IMG/VR virus record: IMGVR_UViG_3300025704_000015
Span: 15,755 to 79,754 of that record
Source: a virus
Direction: 5' to 3' (one strand)
Length of the DNA stretch: 64,000 bases
Shown here: piece by piece, positions 9,293 through 17,784 of the stretch
Layout of the letters: every line of letters starts with the position of its first letter
How positions within the stretch are numbered: the stretch's first letter is position 1
Made by a program: the position numbers and the translations under genes
The notes under the pieces: generated by a model
Told to the model about the DNA's origin: nothing
Seen by the model: the letters and a program-made list of their open reading frames with translations, nothing else
The model's database searches: none

Positions 9293-9964
9293 ATGACAAC
9301 GTTATCAAACGACACCTTAAACATCCTAAAGAACTTCTCAGATATCAATCCAAATTTGGTTGTTAAGCCTGGGAATTCTCTAAGCACAATCGCCGAAGCA
9401 AAGAATATTTTTGCAGTAGCTGAAATTACAGAAACCTTTGAATCTCAATTTGGAATCTATGATCTTAACGAATTTATCAATGTAGTTAACTTGGTAGATG
9501 AACCTGAGCTTTCCTTTAACGGCGAATCAGTAACTCTACAAAATGGAAAAGCTAAAGCATCTTATCGCTTCGCCGATGAAAGCATTCTCACTTCGCCTCA
9601 AAACGAAATCACAATGCCATCAACTGAAGTAAGTGTATCAATCAGTGGTAATACTTTAACTCAAATTAGGAGTGCGGCTCGTGTTATGAACCATGCTATC
9701 GTCTCGCTAAAAGGTGAAGATGGCGTAGTTACTTTAGCCGTAGTTGATCCAAAGAACCCAACAGCAAACACATTTTCAATCATTCTCGATGAAGACAACG
9801 AATGCAAATCATCCTTTGATCTGCAGTTCCTCATCGCGAATTTAAAAGTTCTTAGCGGAGACTATAATGTAAAAATTAGTTCAAAGCTAATCAGTGAGTG
9901 GATAAATACATCAGTGCCTGTAAAATATTACATCGCTCTTGAAAAAACATCAACTTACAACTAA
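9293..9964 (+). CDS. 45: sliding clamp gp45
   Basis: LSNDTLNILKNFSDINP...FGIYDLNEF...YYIALE. The GTG at 9212 lies inside the terminator, so ATG9293 is the likely start. Confidence 0.93.
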   Translation: MTTLSNDTLNILKNFSDINPNLVVKPGNSLSTIAEAKNIFAVAEITETFESQFGIYDLNEFINVVNLVDEPELSFNGESVTLQNGKAKASYRFADESILTSPQNEITMPSTEVSVSISGNTLTQIRSAARVMNHAIVSLKGEDGVVTLAVVDPKNPTANTFSIILDEDNECKSSFDLQFLIANLKVLSGDYNVKISSKLISEWINTSVPVKYYIALEKTSTYN

Positions 9965-10003
9965 ACTAGTAAAGTAAAAACAACAAAACAACAAAACATA
10001 ATT

Positions 10004-10279
10004 ATGGAAAACGAAGAAAATACCGCAACGGAAACCCCTGAAACTGTCGAAATTAACCTTGGAGCAGTAGCAATGGTATGTAGAGTAATCGCAGCATGTA
10101 CAGAGCGTGGCGCGATTAAAGCAGAAGAAATGTCAACCGTTGGTCAAGTATTTGATTATATGCGCGCATTCCTTCCCGCACCAGAAGCTAAAGCTGAAGG
10201 CGAAGAAGCTGAAGGCGAAGAAGCTGAAGGCGAAGAAGCAACCGCTGAATCCGATATTCTTGAGCCGGTAGAAGCCTAA
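10004..10279 (+). CDS. acidic hypothetical protein
   Basis: ERGAIKAEEMSTVG core; acidic tail encoded by a tandem repeat. Confidence 0.65.
   Translation: MENEENTATETPETVEINLGAVAMVCRVIAACTERGAIKAEEMSTVGQVFDYMRAFLPAPEAKAEGEEAEGEEAEGEEATAESDILEPVEA
10193..10237 (+). repeat. 15-bp tandem repeat x3 (GCTGAAGGCGAAGAA = AEGEE)
   Basis: Three perfect copies read directly. Confidence 0.9.
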
Positions 10280-10304
10280 ACAAAAATTGACTTAAATTTA
10301 TATT

Positions 10305-11240
10305 ATGACTGAAACACTTTGGTGCGAAAAGTATCGCCCAACCACGATTGACGATTGTATCCTTCCTAACGAATTAAAGAAAACATTTAATTCTATTGTT
10401 AAATCAGGAGAGGTTCACAACATGTTATTGACCGGCTCAGCTGGTCTTGGAAAAACAACTGTAGCAAAAGCATTATGCAATCAACTTAATCTTGACTATA
10501 TGTTAATCAACGGTTCGGAAGAATCCGGTATTGATGTATTAAGAAATAAGATTAAGCAGTTTGCTAGTAGCGTTAGTCTTGGCGGCGGTTTAAAGGTAAT
10601 CATTCTTGATGAGGCTGATTATCTTAACGCCCAAAGTACACAGCCTGCTTTGCGCGGTTTCATTGAGGAGTTTTCTAATAACTGTAGGTTTATCTTAACT
10701 TGCAATTTTAAGAATCGAATCATTGAGCCGTTGCATAGCAGGTGTTCAGTCATTGAGTTTAATACAAATAAAAAGGATCTTGCCACACTTGCTGGTAAGT
10801 TCCTATCGCGTTTAAAAACTATATTAGATAAGGAAGGCATTAAGTATGAAGATAAAATACTAGCCGAACTTATTATTAGATATGCTCCAGATTGGAGAAG
10901 GATTATTGGTGAGTGCCAACGATATGGAGCAGGCGGTGAAATCCAGCCAACTGTTTTACTTGGAGTATCTGATTCTAATATTTCTGAGGTTATTACTTTC
11001 CTAAAGTCAAAAGACTTTAAAGGAATGCGAGGATGGGTATGCAATAATACATCTCTTGATAGTACTGTTGTATTTAGAAAGATATACGATTCATTATATG
11101 ATTATGCAGATCCTTCATCTATTCCTTCTGCAGTTTTAATCATTGCCGATTATAGTTACAAAGCAGCGTTCTGTGGTGATAAAGAAATCAACATGGTTGC
11201 CTGTTTAGTAGAGTTAATGGCAAACATTAAATGGAAGTAA
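10305..11240 (+). CDS. 44: clamp loader large subunit gp44
   Basis: WCEKYRP, GSAGLGKT, ILDEAD, SRC motif. Confidence 0.95.
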   Translation: MTETLWCEKYRPTTIDDCILPNELKKTFNSIVKSGEVHNMLLTGSAGLGKTTVAKALCNQLNLDYMLINGSEESGIDVLRNKIKQFASSVSLGGGLKVIILDEADYLNAQSTQPALRGFIEEFSNNCRFILTCNFKNRIIEPLHSRCSVIEFNTNKKDLATLAGKFLSRLKTILDKEGIKYEDKILAELIIRYAPDWRRIIGECQRYGAGGEIQPTVLLGVSDSNISEVITFLKSKDFKGMRGWVCNNTSLDSTVVFRKIYDSLYDYADPSSIPSAVLIIADYSYKAAFCGDKEINMVACLVELMANIKWK

Positions 11241-11680
11241 TGAGCAAAGTTAAAAAACTTTCCTTCTTTGATATTTTAAATAATATTAATGCTGGTTCTA
11301 AAGCTCCGGATATTCTTAAAGGTGTAACTGCTGATTCTAGTGAAACCTTACCAGACCCTGATAGTCCTGAGAAAGCTTATACTCCATTTATGATTAACCG
11401 AGGGTTATCTCAGTTTAATGATACTATTCTATTTGCTAATGAGATGAATATGAATTATCATCTCCCTGCTAGAATGCAATATGATTTTTATAAGAACGTA
11501 TTACGTCCTCGTAAAAGATTTAGTAAATGGTTTAAAGCAATTCCTGACAGTAATGATATTAAAATTATCATGGATCACTATGGATATAGTTCTGAGAAAG
11601 CGCGCGATGTATTGGATTTATTTAATAAAGAAGAGTTAAAAGCTTTACATCGTCATCATGACAAAGGTGGAAAAGCATAA
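11240..11680 (+). CDS. 62: clamp loader small subunit gp62
   Basis: YTPFMINRGLS...ANEMN...RKRFSKW; sits between gp44 and regA. Confidence 0.9.
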   Translation: MSKVKKLSFFDILNNINAGSKAPDILKGVTADSSETLPDPDSPEKAYTPFMINRGLSQFNDTILFANEMNMNYHLPARMQYDFYKNVLRPRKRFSKWFKAIPDSNDIKIIMDHYGYSSEKARDVLDLFNKEELKALHRHHDKGGKA

Positions 11681-11692
11681 TAAATAATTATA

Positions 11693-12124
11693 ATGAACAT
11701 TGATAATGAAAAAATAAAAAGTTGGTCTCCTGATGAAATGCTTGAGATCTATTTGTCTGAGCCAGACGATTTTCTTAAGGTAAAAGAAACCCTTACTCGA
11801 ATTGGAGTCTCTTCTCAAAGGGAAGAAAACACTTTATTTCAAAGTTGCCATATTCTTCATAAGCAAGGGCGATACTTTATTCTACACTTTAAAGAACTAT
11901 TTTTACTTGATGGTAAACCTTCTAATTTTACTGAAGAAGATTTTAAAAGAAGGAACACTATAACAACTCTCTTATCTGATTGGGGTTTGCTAGAATTAGT
12001 AAACTATACTCATGCTAGTGAAAAGACCAACTTAAAACAAATTAAAATTGTACCATTCAAAGAGAAGAAGAATTGGACTCTTAATTCCAAATATAATATT
12101 GGTAATGTAAAGAAAAAATCTTAG
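11693..12124 (+). CDS. regA: translational repressor RegA
   Basis: DDFLKVKETLTRIG...LFQSCHILHKQGRYFILHFKELF. Confidence 0.95.
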   Translation: MNIDNEKIKSWSPDEMLEIYLSEPDDFLKVKETLTRIGVSSQREENTLFQSCHILHKQGRYFILHFKELFLLDGKPSNFTEEDFKRRNTITTLLSDWGLLELVNYTHASEKTNLKQIKIVPFKEKKNWTLNSKYNIGNVKKKS

Positions 12125-12127
12125 TAT

Positions 12128-12135
12128 TATAAATA
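12128..12135 (+). promoter_or_regulatory. T4 late promoter TATAAATA
   Basis: Exact gp55 consensus 5 nt before ATG12141. Other exact copies on +: 13106, 13627, 19080, 29085, 34204, 39951, 52082, 55311, 61702; on -: 33751-33758, 47656-47663, 48048-48055. Confidence 0.85.
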
Positions 12136-12140
12136 AAAAC

Positions 12141-12467
12141 ATGAGTACTGAGAAATATTTGTTACCAAACGAGAAGAAGCGTTTATACGAATCTATTACA
12201 ATTCCAAAGAAAAAAGAAGAGGTTCTGAAACTAATTAAGGATGCTCCTAAAACAAAAGCAACTTCTAAAGATACCAATAATCTATGGAACAAAATATCCA
12301 CTTCTTTAGTAGGTCCACTTGAAGATTTAATGTATGAAAAACCATATGATAAAGCATATAGTGCTGGATATAATGGTGATAAAGAACCAAAGAATCCATT
12401 TAAAAAAGATACATTAGCTTACTGGTTCTTTACTAATTTATATACTCAAGGGAGTAACGATAATTAA
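12141..12467 (+). CDS. putative internal head protein, MSTEKY-leader family 1
   Basis: Leader MSTEKYLLPNEKKRLYE with a unique payload; late promoter. Confidence 0.6.
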   Translation: MSTEKYLLPNEKKRLYESITIPKKKEEVLKLIKDAPKTKATSKDTNNLWNKISTSLVGPLEDLMYEKPYDKAYSAGYNGDKEPKNPFKKDTLAYWFFTNLYTQGSNDN

Positions 12468-12484
12468 TTTTTAAAAATAAAACC

Positions 12485-12838
12485 ATGAGTACTGAGAAAT
12501 ATTTGTTACCAAACGAGAAGAAGCGTTTAGATGAAGAAACATTATCTGAAGCTAAAGTGCCATCTGACTATTTAGATTTCCAAAGCGATGATAAAAGTTA
12601 TAAAGTTTATCAAGCAGATAATAATGGAGAATCTTCTGTAAGACCCGCCGAAAAGGCAAGTAAAAATTGGCCGACTGGTGCTCCAGTAACTAAGACTTTT
12701 AAAAAAGTTTCATCTGCTCCAATTCCAAAAGGTGAGTTCTGGGTTTTAGAATCTGATAAAAGTTTTTATTGGATGGTTAACGGCACTTGGTATTCGATCA
12801 GTAAAAAAGACCATCCCCGCCCACCATTTGATTATTAA
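12485..12838 (+). CDS. putative internal head protein, MSTEKY-leader family 2
   Basis: First 45 nt identical to the 12141 gene; LDE/LSEA candidate cleavage sites. Confidence 0.6.
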   Translation: MSTEKYLLPNEKKRLDEETLSEAKVPSDYLDFQSDDKSYKVYQADNNGESSVRPAEKASKNWPTGAPVTKTFKKVSSAPIPKGEFWVLESDKSFYWMVNGTWYSISKKDHPRPPFDY

Positions 12839-13093
12839 ATGAAAAGCTTTAAACAATATTTAGAGGGATTGCGTATTGCTTATACTCCAGCTCAACAAAA
12901 AGCGATGGATAAAAGGACAAATGCGATGAATTCAGATCTTAAGAAAAAGTTTAAAGCTGGAAAGATTTCAATTAAATGGTCTCAGACAAGAGGCGGTCAC
13001 GCTATCTTTGTTAAAGGTAGAATGGAAGGTCCTCTCTTTGATTCTGAAGATGACGCTGAAAAATATTTAAAAAAACTCGGTATTCGAGTATAA
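12839..13093 (+). CDS. putative internal head protein with T4 IP-type leader
   Basis: MKSFKQYLE resembles the T4 capsid-targeting sequence MKTYQEFIAE. Confidence 0.6.
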   Translation: MKSFKQYLEGLRIAYTPAQQKAMDKRTNAMNSDLKKKFKAGKISIKWSQTRGGHAIFVKGRMEGPLFDSEDDAEKYLKKLGIRV

Positions 13094-13095
13094 AT
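13055..13095 (+). repeat. 41-bp direct repeat, copy 1 (copy 2 at 13593-13633)
   Basis: GCTGAAAAATATTTAAAAAAACTCGG(T/A)ATTCGAGTATAAAT, 40/41 identical; the copies flank ORF 13119-13571. Confidence 0.9.
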
Positions 13096-13118
13096 TAAAT
13101 TAAAATATAAATAAAATC

Positions 13119-13571
13119 ATGAGTACTGAGAAATATTTGTTGCCAAACGAGAAGAAGTGTCTGGATGAAGCAAAACTTGCAGGTAAAAATAGAGAACGGC
13201 TTGATAGTTTAATCTCTTTATATGTCACGGCAACAGATCCCGAGGCAGATTATTATTATGATGGAGATGTTCCTGATGCTGAAAAGATTTTAAATGATAT
13301 TAAAAAAGAATTTGGATCAAAAATTGCCAAAGATGTTGGTAATGGAACAAATATTTTCCATTATGGTAGAGATAATAATCAAGGAGGTCGCTTAACATAC
13401 GGGGATGCGACAAAACAGCGTGGCGCAAGACGTATCACAAAAGGTGGTAAAATTAATAAGCAGGACGCAGCAAAACTTAAAAAGGATATTAAAGATATTT
13501 TAAAGAATACAAAATTAAATACTGCTTATCGATCACATAAGTTAAAAGGAAAATTACCAGAGAGTAATTAA
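13119..13571 (+). CDS. putative internal head protein, MSTEKY-leader family 3
   Basis: MSTEKYLLPNEKKCLDEA leader; TATAAATA at 13106. Confidence 0.6.
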   Translation: MSTEKYLLPNEKKCLDEAKLAGKNRERLDSLISLYVTATDPEADYYYDGDVPDAEKILNDIKKEFGSKIAKDVGNGTNIFHYGRDNNQGGRLTYGDATKQRGARRITKGGKINKQDAAKLKKDIKDILKNTKLNTAYRSHKLKGKLPESN

Positions 13572-13592
13572 TAAAAAACCTTTGACACTGAA

Positions 13593-13633
13593 GCTGAAAA
13601 ATATTTAAAAAAACTCGGAATTCGAGTATAAAT
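13593..13633 (+). repeat. 41-bp direct repeat, copy 2
   Basis: Matches 13055-13095; overlaps the late promoter of hsp20. Confidence 0.9.
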
Positions 13634-13640
13634 AGATTTG

Positions 13641-13720
13641 TAATACGATACGTTTTCGTATTATAAAGAGGTGCCGAAAGGATCTCAATTAATAAAAAAT
13701 AACTCGCTTAATAAGGAGTT
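13641..13720 (+). promoter_or_regulatory. structured hsp20 5' UTR with ROSE-like RNA thermometer
   Basis: Two upstream hairpins, then AACTC-G-CTT/AAGGAGTT pairing the SD with a bulged G. Confidence 0.6.
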
Positions 13721-13726
13721 CAAAAT

Positions 13727-14158
13727 ATGACAATAACAAATACACTAAATTCGTTGCCGCGTTCTTTCGCGGTTGGGTTCGATTCAATCTTTGATAGATT
13801 AGAATCAAGAGAGAAAGCATCTTATCCTCCTCACAATATTGTGAAGCATAATGAGGATGAGTTTGAAATCGCACTAGCAGTCGCAGGCTTCAGTGATAAA
13901 GATCTTTCCGTCAAACAAGACGGAGATCAACTTATCGTTGAATCTGATTGCGTTGAGCTTAATGGAGATAAAGAATATCTTCATAAAGGAATTGCTACTC
14001 GAAGTTTCATCAAGAAGTTTACATTAGCCGATCACATTCGTGTCGAGCAAGTAGCGCTTGTTGATGGTATACTTTCAGTTCTACTAAAGAAAGAAATTCC
14101 TGAAGAAATGAAACCTAAGAAGTTTACTATTCTTCCAGAGTTTATTAACGAAGATTAA
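13727..14158 (+). CDS. hsp20: small heat-shock protein Hsp20 (IbpA-like)
   Basis: YPPHNI...IALAVAGF...YLHKGIATRSF...DGILSV alpha-crystallin domain. Confidence 0.93.
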   Translation: MTITNTLNSLPRSFAVGFDSIFDRLESREKASYPPHNIVKHNEDEFEIALAVAGFSDKDLSVKQDGDQLIVESDCVELNGDKEYLHKGIATRSFIKKFTLADHIRVEQVALVDGILSVLLKKEIPEEMKPKKFTILPEFINED

Positions 14159-14179
14159 ACTTTGCAGTTAAAACATAAT

Positions 14180-14213
14180 AAAAGGGTTCTTCAGAAATGA
14201 GGAGCCCTTTTTT
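14180..14213 (+). terminator. intrinsic terminator
   Basis: AAAAGGGTTCTTCA-GAAA-TGAGGAGCCCTTTTTT. Confidence 0.8.
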
Positions 14214-14226
14214 ATTAACTTTAGTA

Positions 14227-14255
14227 TTTACATCTATAATAAAAGATGATATAAT
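14227..14255 (+). promoter_or_regulatory. promoter TTTACA-17-TATAAT
   Basis: Upstream of gp43. The same architecture occurs at 17545, 19381, 20925, 26252, 40942 (16-nt spacer), 44033 and 48522. Confidence 0.8.
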
Positions 14256-14261
14256 ATATAC

Positions 14262-16790
14262 ATGAAGAACAGCATTAGTGGATTCTACACCAGCGTCGAT
14301 AGACACATGAACATGATTAAGTATCGAGGATACGATCATGATGGCAAAAAAATATATGATTCATTTAAATATCGGCCAACGCTTTATGTAAATAGCAAAG
14401 ACCGTAACTCAGAATGGAAAGCGATTGATGGAACTCCTGTAGGCCCAATGCAGTTTGGCACTATGAGCGAATGCCGCCAGTTCTGTAAACATTATGAAGA
14501 TGTTCCTTCGTTTAAAATATATGGAAATGAAAAGCATGTTCCAGCATTTATCCAAAGCCAGTGGCCTGGCGAAATTGAGTATGATAAAAAGATGGTCGAC
14601 ATTCTTTACATCGATATTGAAACTGCTATTGGTACAGGCTTTCCAGAACCAATGCGAGCAGAACAAGAGATTCTTACAATCGCAGTAAAGAGTAGCCGTT
14701 GTGATACTTATATCATCTGGGGACTAAAGGATTATGACCTTTCTAAAAGTGAAGTGCCACATCTTAGAAAAGAGTATCGCCAGTTTGATACTGAAACCGA
14801 ACTCTTAAATGATTTTCTAGATTGGTGGAGTGATCCTATTAATACTCCAGATGTTATCACTGGTTGGAATACAGAGTTCTTTGATATTCCTTACATCGTT
14901 AATAGAATAGCTCGTATGTTGGGCAACGATGCAACCAAGCGATTATCTCCTTGGAAAAAAATTACAGATAGAACCGTAAATGTATTTGGCCGTGAGCAAA
15001 CCAGCTATAACATTATGGGTATTCAACAACTCGATTACCTTGACTTATTTAAAAAGTTTACTCTTAATACTTATGGCCAACAAGAATCATATAAGCTAGA
15101 TAATATTGCCGAGGTTGTTCTTGAACAAAAGAAGCTAGCTTTTGAAGGCGATCTAAAAGAATTATATGAACAAGATTTTCAGAAGTTTGTTGATTATAAT
15201 ATCGTTGATGTTGAATTGATTGAACTGTTTGAAAAGAAACTTGGCTTAATTGATTTGGTATTTACTCTAGCATATTTTGGCGGAGTTAATTATACAGATA
15301 CGCTCGGTACTGTTTCTATATGGGATAGTATAATCTTTAGGAATCTTGCTAAAAAGAAAATAGCGATTCCTCCATCAAAACCAAGTGCTAAAGCAGAATA
15401 TGCTGGAGGGTTTGTTAAGCCAGTTGTGCCAGGGATGTATGATTGGGTAATGAGCTTCGATTTGAACAGCTTGTATCCTAACCTTATTATACAATATAAT
15501 ATGAGTCCTGAGACCCTCGTAAGGCATTCTACAGTGCCTAATATTACACCTGATCGAGTACTCGAAGATCAAACAAACATATCCCCTGACAGTAATTTGG
15601 CGGTTGCCGCAAATGGCGCAACATTTAGTAGACATAAGCAAGGGTTTCTACCAGAGATTATTGAAGAGCTTTATAATAAGCGTAAGAAGATTAAAGCAGA
15701 AATGCTAGATAAAAAGAAAGAGAATGAAAAGCAAAAAAGTAAGATATTAGACTCAGAAATCGCCAGACTTGAAACTGAACAAATGGCGATCAAGATTCTA
15801 ATGAACAGCCTGTATGGAGCTTTGGCTAACAGATGGTTCCGTTACTTTGATCTTCTTGTTGCTGAAGGAATTACTCTTACAGGTCAACTTGTTATTCGTT
15901 GGGCAGAACAACATGCAAACAAATGGTTATCTTCATTCCTTAAAGATGAGAAGCCAGTTGATAGAGTTATAGCAGCAGACACTGACTCCATTTACGTTAA
16001 TGTTCAAGATGTAATTGATAAGCTTAATCCAAAAAGTCCAGTTGAGTTTCTTGATAAGTTTGGTGAAGAAGGTATGGTTCCTGCATTGGAAAAAGCTTTT
16101 AATAAGTTAGGCGGTATTACAAATTCATATAAGAATACGATGGTGATGGCGCGAGAAGCTATTGCTGATAAAGCTATATGGACTGCAAAGAAACGATATA
16201 TTTTAAATGTTCTTAACAATGAAGGTGTTCAATATGCTGAGCCGAAAATTAAGATCATGGGTATTGAAGCTATTAAGAGTTCTACTCCAAAAGTATGTCG
16301 AGGCGCTATGAAGGAAATGTTTAAAGTAATGATGAGCGGGGATGAAGATAAAACTCAAAAAGCGATCGCTTTCTTTCATAACCACTTTAATTCTTTGCCG
16401 GCCCATGAAATCGCAAGTCCTCGTGGAATTAATAATGTTACAAAATATTATGATTCACAAACTCTATATTGTAAAGGAACACCAATGCATTGCCGCGCGG
16501 CCTTAGTATATAACGATCAGTTAAAGAAGTTTAACTTAACTAATAAGTATAGGGAAATCCAAGGCGGCAATAAAATTAAGTTTGTATTTCTTAAAAAGCA
16601 TAACCCAACTGGAGAAAACGTAATTGGGTTTATTGATAAGTTGCCACACGAATTTGGTTTAGATAAGTTCATTGATTATGAAACTCAATTCCAAAAAGCT
16701 TTCCTTGATCCAATTAATCTTATCTTACATGCTATTAGTTGGTCGGCAGAACCTCAAGCTAGTTTGGAAGACTTCTTTGGGCAAGTATAG
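14262..16790 (+). CDS. 43: family B DNA polymerase gp43
   Basis: Exonuclease DIET and YNIVD; polymerase SFDLNSLYP, KILMNSLYG, DTDS; C-terminal clamp-binding SLEDFF. Confidence 0.97.
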   Translation: MKNSISGFYTSVDRHMNMIKYRGYDHDGKKIYDSFKYRPTLYVNSKDRNSEWKAIDGTPVGPMQFGTMSECRQFCKHYEDVPSFKIYGNEKHVPAFIQSQWPGEIEYDKKMVDILYIDIETAIGTGFPEPMRAEQEILTIAVKSSRCDTYIIWGLKDYDLSKSEVPHLRKEYRQFDTETELLNDFLDWWSDPINTPDVITGWNTEFFDIPYIVNRIARMLGNDATKRLSPWKKITDRTVNVFGREQTSYNIMGIQQLDYLDLFKKFTLNTYGQQESYKLDNIAEVVLEQKKLAFEGDLKELYEQDFQKFVDYNIVDVELIELFEKKLGLIDLVFTLAYFGGVNYTDTLGTVSIWDSIIFRNLAKKKIAIPPSKPSAKAEYAGGFVKPVVPGMYDWVMSFDLNSLYPNLIIQYNMSPETLVRHSTVPNITPDRVLEDQTNISPDSNLAVAANGATFSRHKQGFLPEIIEELYNKRKKIKAEMLDKKKENEKQKSKILDSEIARLETEQMAIKILMNSLYGALANRWFRYFDLLVAEGITLTGQLVIRWAEQHANKWLSSFLKDEKPVDRVIAADTDSIYVNVQDVIDKLNPKSPVEFLDKFGEEGMVPALEKAFNKLGGITNSYKNTMVMAREAIADKAIWTAKKRYILNVLNNEGVQYAEPKIKIMGIEAIKSSTPKVCRGAMKEMFKVMMSGDEDKTQKAIAFFHNHFNSLPAHEIASPRGINNVTKYYDSQTLYCKGTPMHCRAALVYNDQLKKFNLTNKYREIQGGNKIKFVFLKKHNPTGENVIGFIDKLPHEFGLDKFIDYETQFQKAFLDPINLILHAISWSAEPQASLEDFFGQV

Positions 16791-16828
16791 ATAAAACAAA
16801 GGTATGACACTCACACAATAAAAAACAA

Positions 16829-17020
16829 ATGAACCAACTAAACAGAAACCTGACAAACGTTATTAACGAATTACAACAAGACTATTTAAAGTTTGATGAT
16901 ACCGTAAGAACCATCGAAGTTCTTAATGCGATTAACAATTACTTTCACACGACAGAGGAAACTCCTTTGTCTAATAAAAGCAGAGACATTCTAAAAGAAA
17001 TTAAAATATATGGAAAATAA
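16829..17020 (+). CDS. hypothetical protein
   Basis: 63-aa ORF coupled to the next gene. Confidence 0.5.
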   Translation: MNQLNRNLTNVINELQQDYLKFDDTVRTIEVLNAINNYFHTTEETPLSNKSRDILKEIKIYGK

Positions 17021-17540
17021 TAAAACAGTAGAAGACGTGATAAAACTAATTCCAGAAACACTTGATGATTGGGTAACGCTTGTTCCTAAAAATGACTCTC
17101 TAACATGGCAAGCATCATCTACCGATTGGCCAAGCGATATTGATAACATGCATAATAAGTATGGTGTTCATTGCGCGCTTAAAAAGTTAGATAGTAAAGA
17201 CCTAAGAGAATTTCTAAACTTTCGTTTAGACTTCCTAGAAGAAGAACTTACTGAAACAAAAAATGCAGTTGGTAAACTACATTGTGATGACGTTGATTGC
17301 GAAGAAGTGGTTGATGGTTTAATTGATCTTTGCGTTGTCGCTATTGGAACGTTAAATGCGTTTGGAGTTGACGAACATAAAGCGTGGGAAGCAGTTCATA
17401 ACGCTAATATGAATAAGGAAGTCGGCGTTAAAGAAGGTCGAGACAATCCACTAGGTCTTCCAGATTTAGTAAAGCCTAAAGGGTGGGTCGCGCCAGATCA
17501 TTCTGATAATCACGGGTTTCTTCCTAAATTAAACGAATAA
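17010..17540 (+). CDS. all-alpha NTP pyrophosphatase (MazG/dimeric dUTPase-like)
   Basis: LEEELTE...EEVVDGLIDL...VHNANMNK...KPKGW. Confidence 0.8.
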   Translation: MENNKTVEDVIKLIPETLDDWVTLVPKNDSLTWQASSTDWPSDIDNMHNKYGVHCALKKLDSKDLREFLNFRLDFLEEELTETKNAVGKLHCDDVDCEEVVDGLIDLCVVAIGTLNAFGVDEHKAWEAVHNANMNKEVGVKEGRDNPLGLPDLVKPKGWVAPDHSDNHGFLPKLNE

Positions 17541-17580
17541 AAGATTTACATTTTAGTAAATATAGTATATAATATTAATT

Positions 17581-17784
17581 ATGGATTTACTTCTATTCAT
17601 CATGCTTTTAATAGTGGCAAGCCTTTGCTACTTAATACCCACTTTTGTGGCGGTCGTAAATAAACATAAATACGCTCTTCCTATTTTTATAGCTAACCTA
17701 TTCTTTGGCGTTACGGTTGTGGGATGGGCCGCTCTATTAATCTTTGCTATACTTAAAGAGTTTAGAGCAGAAAATAAAGTATGA
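17581..17784 (+). CDS. superinfection immunity (Imm-like) membrane protein
   Basis: YLIPTFVA...IFIANLFFGVTVVGWAALLIFA pattern of the T4 Imm family. Confidence 0.75.
   Translation: MDLLLFIMLLIVASLCYLIPTFVAVVNKHKYALPIFIANLFFGVTVVGWAALLIFAILKEFRAENKV

Noticed and set aside
12141-13163. CRISPR array suggested by the 45-bp repeats
   Set aside because: Spacing is hundreds of bp, the repeats are in-frame gene starts, and there are no cas genes.
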